A stretch of 64,000 nucleotides of DNA from Candidatus Latescibacterota bacterium. Its GTDB lineage: Bacteria > Latescibacterota > UBA2968 > UBA8231. The stretch covers positions 1,536,001 through 1,600,000 of the forward strand of contig CBDCXV010000011.1 in the NCBI GenBank assembly GCA_965223905.1, read 5' to 3'. Shown here one piece after another: positions 58,677-64,000 of the stretch (position 1 is its first letter; the number at the start of each line of letters is the position of its first letter). The notes beneath the pieces were generated by a model that ran no database searches, was not told the origin of the DNA, and was given only the letters and a program-made list of their open reading frames with translations. The translations under genes were made by a program, and so were the position numbers.

Positions 58677-59594
58677 ATGCAAGTGAACTACGACGCTACG
58701 ACGCGAACCTTCGATTGCGAACCGACTCTCACCGACTTCGAGGTGCTCGACTTCTGCATCAACGGGTACATCATGCTGGAGGGAGTGGTGCCCGACGAAG
58801 TCAACCGGCGCGCCTGCGACTACCTCGACGGCAAGGTCCCGGCGAACCCCTCCTGGATCCCCGACGGCCTCGACGAGGAGCAGCTCGAGCGTATCCGCAA
58901 CTCGCACGAGCCGAGCTCGATCTTCCTCGAGGACTGGTACCTCGAGCACGTGCTGCTCAACCCGGTGCTCTGCGGGGCCATACGCTCCCTCCTGGGAAGG
59001 AACGTCGGCCTGCCGGTGCTGGCCAGCCTGCACAAGACCGAAGGACCGAGAGAGGCCCAGGGATGGCACCAGGACGCCGACCGCGTCTTCGGCCCCGAGC
59101 TCGAGTTCGTCGAGGTCTTCTACTTCCCCCAGGACACCCCGGCCGAGCTGGGGCCGACCGAGTTCGTCCCCGGGACCCACTTCAGGATGCAGGACCACCA
59201 GGGGGACCACCAGGGGGTGCTCGCCTCCGGGCCGGCCGGCACCATCGGCATCCACCACCAGAGCATCCTGCACCGCCGCGGCGAGTCGACGCGGCCCGGG
59301 GTCCGGCGCATGCTCAAGTACAACTACTGGCGCACCGCGCCCCCGCAGAGGGACTGGGTGGCGGCGCCGGAGTTCGACTTCCGCAGCGCCTGGTACGGGG
59401 GCCACATCGTCGCCCGCTACGCCGCCCACATGTTCTACTGGCTGTGCGGAAAGGGGGAGGAGTACCGCATCGTCGGCGGCCAGGGCTGGCCGTGGCGCAC
59501 GGAGAACCAGATCGGCCCCTCCTGGGGGTACGGCAGGACCGAGGGGTACCTGCCGGACTGGCGCGACGGCAACCGCGACGGGTACTCGCGTTAG
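58677..59594 (+). CDS. PhyH family dioxygenase
   Basis: NGYIMLEGVV, QGWHQD, GPTEFVPGTH, ILHRR; AAGGAG RBS. Confidence 0.87.
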   Translation: MQVNYDATTRTFDCEPTLTDFEVLDFCINGYIMLEGVVPDEVNRRACDYLDGKVPANPSWIPDGLDEEQLERIRNSHEPSSIFLEDWYLEHVLLNPVLCGAIRSLLGRNVGLPVLASLHKTEGPREAQGWHQDADRVFGPELEFVEVFYFPQDTPAELGPTEFVPGTHFRMQDHQGDHQGVLASGPAGTIGIHHQSILHRRGESTRPGVRRMLKYNYWRTAPPQRDWVAAPEFDFRSAWYGGHIVARYAAHMFYWLCGKGEEYRIVGGQGWPWRTENQIGPSWGYGRTEGYLPDWRDGNRDGYSR

Positions 59595-59625
59595 ACGCCC
59601 CCCGGCCGGGGGCGCCGGCTCCCGG

Positions 59626-60378
59626 TCAGCCAGGCGGCTCGACGTTGCGCCTCAGCAACTGCTGCTCCAGCTCCGGCAAGCTCTCCCAGAACTCCCGGCG
59701 CACCGGGTTGTGGTGGCTCAGGCTGACGAGCCGGTACCAGGAGCGCTCGAAGCAGAGCACGGCAACCGGACGCGGGGTCGCGGTCCTGTTCGGGGTGCCG
59801 CGGTGAAGGCAGCGGGGGTCGCGGATCAGCACGTCCCCGACCTTCATCAGCAGCTCCCGCCGTGCGAACTCGCCGCGCCCGATTCTCTCCAGCCCCTCCG
59901 GGCGCGGCAGGTGGTGGCTGCCGTCGGCGACCTCGAAAGGGCCGTTCTCGCGGCCGACGTCGACGAAGGAAAAGTTGACGGCGATGAGGGCCGGCGGCGT
60001 CACCAGGTCCGGCTCCTCCGGAAAGAGGGAGGGCACGTCGCCGTGCCAGTCCTGAAAGACGCTGCCTTTCGCCGGGGTATCCGTGGCGTACTGAACCAGC
60101 TCGACATCCTCGCCGAGGAGCTGGCGCACGACCCCGACGATGCCGGAATCCCCGTGGATCCGCGGCTGGTAGAAGGGGGGCTCGAACGGCAGCTGTATGT
60201 AGTGGCGCATGGGGCCGCGGTTGGGGTTGGCGCCGATCTCTTCGAGGTGGTCCTCCCAGACCGGGGCGAACGCCGCGGCGACCTCGGCCACCGCGTCTGC
60301 CGGGATCTGGTCCCGCAGGATGGTGTAGCCGGTGCGGCGCACCTCCGCGGCGCGCTCGGCCAGCTGTTCTTGGGTCAT
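59626..60378 (-). CDS. PhyH family dioxygenase
   Basis: GYTILRD, QDWHGD, NGPFEVADGSH, LHRGTPN. Confidence 0.88.
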   Translation of the reverse strand: MTQEQLAERAAEVRRTGYTILRDQIPADAVAEVAAAFAPVWEDHLEEIGANPNRGPMRHYIQLPFEPPFYQPRIHGDSGIVGVVRQLLGEDVELVQYATDTPAKGSVFQDWHGDVPSLFPEEPDLVTPPALIAVNFSFVDVGRENGPFEVADGSHHLPRPEGLERIGRGEFARRELLMKVGDVLIRDPRCLHRGTPNRTATPRPVAVLCFERSWYRLVSLSHHNPVRREFWESLPELEQQLLRRNVEPPG

Positions 60379-60475
60379 CTTCGATATTCCCGGAAGTGGC
60401 CGGACCCGCGGTCCCCTTGGTCCCTGTCGCGATCGCCCGCGTCCCGGAAGGTCCCGGCTCCCGCCAGCAGCCCGT

Positions 60476-61636
60476 CTACCGCTCGGCGACCACCAGCGAC
60501 TGGTACTTCTCCTCATCCCATTCCGCCCCCCAGCCCGGCAGGTCCGTGGGAGCGAGGCAGCCGTCCTCGACCAGCGGCGCGTTCATCATCCCCCAGGTCT
60601 CGCCCTGTTTTCTCAGGGCGTCCGCGTCGAGGCTCATGTACTCGTAGTAGGTGGTGTTGTCGATGCAGCAGCCCAGGGTCGCGTGGATGTGGCCGTACAC
60701 CCCGCCGGTGGCGTTCATCTCGACGGTGGTGTCGTACATCTCGGCGAAGTGGGCCATCTTGAGGACGAGGGTGGTGCCGTGGCGGGCGTTGGCGCGCAGC
60801 AGGTCGGTTCCCCCCTGGATCAGCCACTGCGTCGAGATCCCTATGTCGTGCATCAGCATCTCCGTCCCCATCACCGGAACCGTCAGCTCGCGGCACAGCT
60901 CCTGGTACTGGTTGAGCTTCTGCTCATGGAACGGCTCTTCCAGCCAGATGAAGTCGAGCTCCTCCATGACGTGGCCGACCTCGATCGCCTCGCGCAGGTC
61001 GTAGGAGCAGACCGGGTCGTTGAGCAGCTCGTAGTCCGGTCCGACGGCGTCGCGCACCTCGCGGAAGATCGGTATGTCGTACTTGCCCCCCTTGTAGGTG
61101 TGAAACTTGTAGGCGTCGATGCCGATCTTCCGCCCCTCCTCGATGTGGTGGAAGTATCCCTGCAGGTCCATGTCCCCGCCGGTGAGATAGCAGGGTATGC
61201 GCTCCCGCACCCGGCCGATGAGGGCGTGCACCGGCAGCCCCGCGGCCCTGCCGGCGATGTCCCACAGGCAGTTGTCGAAGTCGCCGAACCAGCCCGGTTT
61301 CTGGTACACCCAGCGCGTCCCCTTGTGGAACATCTGGTAGAGACGCTCGCGGTGCAGGGGGTTCTCCCCGAGGGCCATCGAGTTGACGATGCCGAGGTGG
61401 TAGCCATCCATCGTCGACACCGGGACGCGGCCGGTGATCCCTTCGTCGGTGCGCACCTCGAGGAAGGTCTCGCGCGGCTTCGACGGCGGCGTCTCGACCG
61501 GAATCCGCTCCGGGTTGTGGCCGGCGCGGTACTGGATGCGCCGCAGTCCGGGCACCTGCACGAGCTGCGGCATGCGGCCGGGGCCTCCCCCTTCGCGCAG
61601 TTCCAGGGTGACCATCTTGATCTCGGTGATTTTCAT
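60476..61636 (-). CDS. Mandelate racemase/enolase superfamily protein
   Basis: DNCLWDIAG, YKFH, LLND, WLEEP, PGWG. Confidence 0.9.
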   Translation of the reverse strand: MKITEIKMVTLELREGGGPGRMPQLVQVPGLRRIQYRAGHNPERIPVETPPSKPRETFLEVRTDEGITGRVPVSTMDGYHLGIVNSMALGENPLHRERLYQMFHKGTRWVYQKPGWFGDFDNCLWDIAGRAAGLPVHALIGRVRERIPCYLTGGDMDLQGYFHHIEEGRKIGIDAYKFHTYKGGKYDIPIFREVRDAVGPDYELLNDPVCSYDLREAIEVGHVMEELDFIWLEEPFHEQKLNQYQELCRELTVPVMGTEMLMHDIGISTQWLIQGGTDLLRANARHGTTLVLKMAHFAEMYDTTVEMNATGGVYGHIHATLGCCIDNTTYYEYMSLDADALRKQGETWGMMNAPLVEDGCLAPTDLPGWGAEWDEEKYQSLVVAER

Positions 61637-61733
61637 GTCTCGTCCTGTGGAAGGAGAGTCGGTGGCTATATTGAGCACCGCTTTTTTCCGCGCGTCAATT
61701 CCACAGCCGAACCAGGTCGACCGGGAGAAACCG

Positions 61734-62129
61734 ATGCCCTCAGTGCGCCACATCGCCCTGCGCTGCCGCGACGTAGAGGTCACGCGGCGCTTCTACGCCG
61801 AAGTGCTCGGTATGCGCTTCGTCGACTACCGGGGCAGCGGCCCGGCCCTCGACATGAGCGACGGCTACTTCAACCTGACCCTGCTGCCCCACGACGGGGA
61901 GCGGCCCCCCGTGGTCGAGGGGGAGGAGTACATCCACTTCGGCCTGGTCGTCGACGACCTGCAGGAAACCTGGCGGCGGGTGCGCGCCTGGGGGGCGGAT
62001 GCGCCGAAGACGGTGAAGGGCGGCGTGGCGATCAGCGCCGACGAGCCGCCCTCGGTCGCCTTCAAGGCCTGTGATCCCGACGGCAACGTCCTCGACATTA
62101 CCAGCGACGAAGGGGAGTGGAGGATTTAG
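61734..62129 (+). CDS. VOC/glyoxalase family protein
   Basis: HIALRC..FYAEVLGM, HFGLVVDD, DPDGN. Confidence 0.9.
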   Translation: MPSVRHIALRCRDVEVTRRFYAEVLGMRFVDYRGSGPALDMSDGYFNLTLLPHDGERPPVVEGEEYIHFGLVVDDLQETWRRVRAWGADAPKTVKGGVAISADEPPSVAFKACDPDGNVLDITSDEGEWRI

Positions 62130-62510
62130 CCGACCGCTTCCGGGCAGGTTCCCCGGTTGAATCCGCGCTGCGGCTGTCCAAAGGGGCCACCCCCTGCGAA
62201 CGGAAAGGGGCCGTTCCCGGCGGCCGGCTCGCCCAAGGTGCCTGGGCACCCATTCCGCGTGAATTCGGCCAACGCTGAATCCCGCGCTAGTGTCGCGTCC
62301 CACGGATGACTTGAAAAATTCCGGCGCTGAGGCGCCCGGCTCGCAAGGCGCCTGAGGGAGTCGTACCGGGGGTGTACGGGCGAGCGAAGGCAACGCGGCG
62401 AGACGGGATTGAGGGAAAAAATCGCACAGGATGAGGTTCCATTTAAAACCGCGGTTTTTCCCTCCAATGGATCGGCGCCGGAAATCGCAAGGGATTCCTG
62501 GGACGCGACA

Positions 62511-63563
62511 CTATTCCTCGACTTCCACCCCCAGCTTCTTCGCGGTCGCGACCACGCTCTCCCAGATGTCGTCGGCCACCGGTATCCCCTCCCGCTCCCG
62601 TTCCGCCTGCGCCCGCGTCTCCGGATCGCCGGGAGCCAGCACTTCGCTGTGCCCCGGGGCCGGCGCCACCTTGCGCAGCCGCCCCGCCATCTCCGCGGCG
62701 CTCGCCCGAAACTCCTCCAGCGGCCGGAACAGGTCCGCCCTGATCGCCAGGATGGTGGTGCCGTGGTGGCGCATGATGTCGGTACTGCGGTGATCCTCGG
62801 CCCAGGTGTCGCTGCCGGTCAGGATGCGGCTCAAGTACTCGACTGCCACGTTGAGGGCGTACCCCTTGTGCGCGGCGAACGGCAGCTGGGCGCCCCCTTC
62901 CTCGTAGGCCCGGGGATCGGTGGTCGGCCTGCCTTCCCGGTCGACGATGCACCCGGGGGGCAGCTGCTCCCCGCGACGGCTCGCGTTCAGGACCTTCACC
63001 CCCGATATCCCCGTGGTCGCGAAGTCGAACATCACCGGATCCGCTCCTTCGCCGACGGGGAAGCCCATGGCGACCGGGTTGGTGCTCAGCACCCGCTCCC
63101 GCCCGCCGAAGGGGGCGGCCACCGGCAGGATCTCGGAAAACCCTCCGGCGACGACGATGCCGACGCATCCCTTCGCCGCGGCCATCTCGACGAAGTGGCC
63201 GACGCGCCCGATGTGATTGCAGCGCACCGTGCCGACGGCCGCCATTCCCCGGTCGAGCGCCTTCTCCACGGCGATTTCGGTGGCCACCATGGCGGTGGTC
63301 TGCCCGAAGGTCCAGTTGCCGTCCACGAGCGCGGAGACCCCGGTCTCGCGGATGACCTGCGGCCAGTTCGCCGGCAGCAGCTGCTCCGCCAGGATCTGAT
63401 CGACGTAGAGCGGCAGGTGCCAGATGCCGTGGGTGTCGACGCCGCGCAGGTTGGACCGCACCTGGTGGTCGGCGAGACAGGAGGCGTTGCGCTCGTCCGC
63501 CCCGGCGGCGATGCAGATATCGAAAACCAGCTTGTGCAGCTTGTCAGCGGCTATGACGTGCAT
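62511..63563 (-). CDS. Ldh_2 family oxidoreductase
   Basis: GVDTHG, NHIGR, STNP, FDFATT, HKGYAL, PGD. Confidence 0.92.
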   Translation of the reverse strand: MHVIAADKLHKLVFDICIAAGADERNASCLADHQVRSNLRGVDTHGIWHLPLYVDQILAEQLLPANWPQVIRETGVSALVDGNWTFGQTTAMVATEIAVEKALDRGMAAVGTVRCNHIGRVGHFVEMAAAKGCVGIVVAGGFSEILPVAAPFGGRERVLSTNPVAMGFPVGEGADPVMFDFATTGISGVKVLNASRRGEQLPPGCIVDREGRPTTDPRAYEEGGAQLPFAAHKGYALNVAVEYLSRILTGSDTWAEDHRSTDIMRHHGTTILAIRADLFRPLEEFRASAAEMAGRLRKVAPAPGHSEVLAPGDPETRAQAEREREGIPVADDIWESVVATAKKLGVEVEE

Positions 63564-63591
63564 CCTGTGTCTCTCTCTTTCTTTCAGGGGG

Positions 63592-63639
63592 GCGGGCAGC
63601 AGGGCAACCGGGTGTGCGGGCAGCAGGGCAACCGGGTGG
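63592..63639. repeat. 24-bp tandem duplication
   Basis: GCGGGCAGCAGGGCAACCGGGTG(T/G) x2. Confidence 0.85.
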
Positions 63640-63827
63640 TTTCACCGGAGGGACTCAGCGGGCTCGGACGGGCCCGGTAGGAGGCCGACGCGGCCTCATG
63701 GCGAGCTCCGTTCCCGCCTCCCCTTCCGCATTGACGCGGCCCGGGGTCATCCTATGTTCCGACGCGCCGCCGGCCCGGTGAAGTCATTCTCGTTTCTCCA
63801 ACAGGCCCAACGCGTTTCCGCATTTTG

Positions 63828-63889
63828 CAGCCGTTGAAAAAGTCCATCCGGGCTGCGGCCTCCTGCAGATCAACTTTATCGACGCGCTG
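63828..63889. repeat. MITE-like dispersed repeat, copy 2
   Basis: CAGCCGTTGAAAAAGTCCATCCGGGC...CAACTTTATCGACGCGCTG; related to 45758-45839. Confidence 0.55.
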
Positions 63890-63903
63890 GCAAGGATGAA
63901 GGC

Positions 63904-64000
63904 ATGAAACTCAACGAGAGACAAGCGATCGGCAAACTCGGCCTGGAAGTGACCCGCATGGGGTTCGGCGGGGCCCCCTTCGGCAACCTCTTCAACCCGA
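63904..64000 (+). CDS. Aldo/keto reductase, N-terminus (runs off the window)
   Basis: MKLNERQAIGKLGLEVTRMGFGGAPFGNLF. Confidence 0.75.
   Translation, partial: MKLNERQAIGKLGLEVTRMGFGGAPFGNLFNP

Noticed and set aside
62130-62510. Long GC-rich intergenic stretches (also 43434-43768, 48601-48880, 58369-58676) as ncRNA or MITE
   Set aside because: They look repeat-like, but no second copy or family consensus could be established within the window
1-64000. CRISPR array or integron attC cassette array
   Set aside because: No regularly spaced repeats with unique spacers, no cas genes or integron integrase, and no convincing attC boxes seen by eye

Overview
GC-rich bacterial window. Several features suggest an FCB-group organism, e.g. 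a Latescibacterota-like sponge symbiont (inference only): five PhyH dioxygenases, a sulfatase, an FlgD-Ig/T9SS-like C-terminal domain, and a secreted protein ending in a 'TWxxIK' motif. The backbone encodes catabolic enzymes (PhyH, enolase superfamily, Gfo/Idh/MocA, Ldh_2, GH32, sulfatase, esterase, thiolase/DUF35/CoA ligase) and transporters (TonB receptor, MFS, MATE). Four accessory regions interrupt it. (1) An intact IS66 at 1684-3307 with TIRs and an 8-bp TSD. (2) A ~15-kb defence island (4.5-19.8 kb) with Druantia type III-like druH/druE, two Septu/PtuAB-like ATPase+HNH pairs and several toxin-antitoxin genes; one ATPase is fused in frame to a BrnA-like antitoxin N-terminus just behind an intact BrnT toxin. 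(3) A type II R-M pair beside a tRNA-Arg 3' remnant, with three GACGTC palindromes in the methylase promoter. (4) A mosaic at 50.5-57 kb: an AT-rich secreted-protein/M23-peptidase cassette joined to a GC-rich FN3/cadherin/FlgD-Ig stalk, an IS1380, and duplicated LysR and adhesin fragments. Several small frameshifts, mostly in short homopolymers, may be assembly errors. No CRISPR array, rRNA, intact tRNA, integrase or reverse transcriptase was seen. All family assignments come from motif recognition, not database searches.
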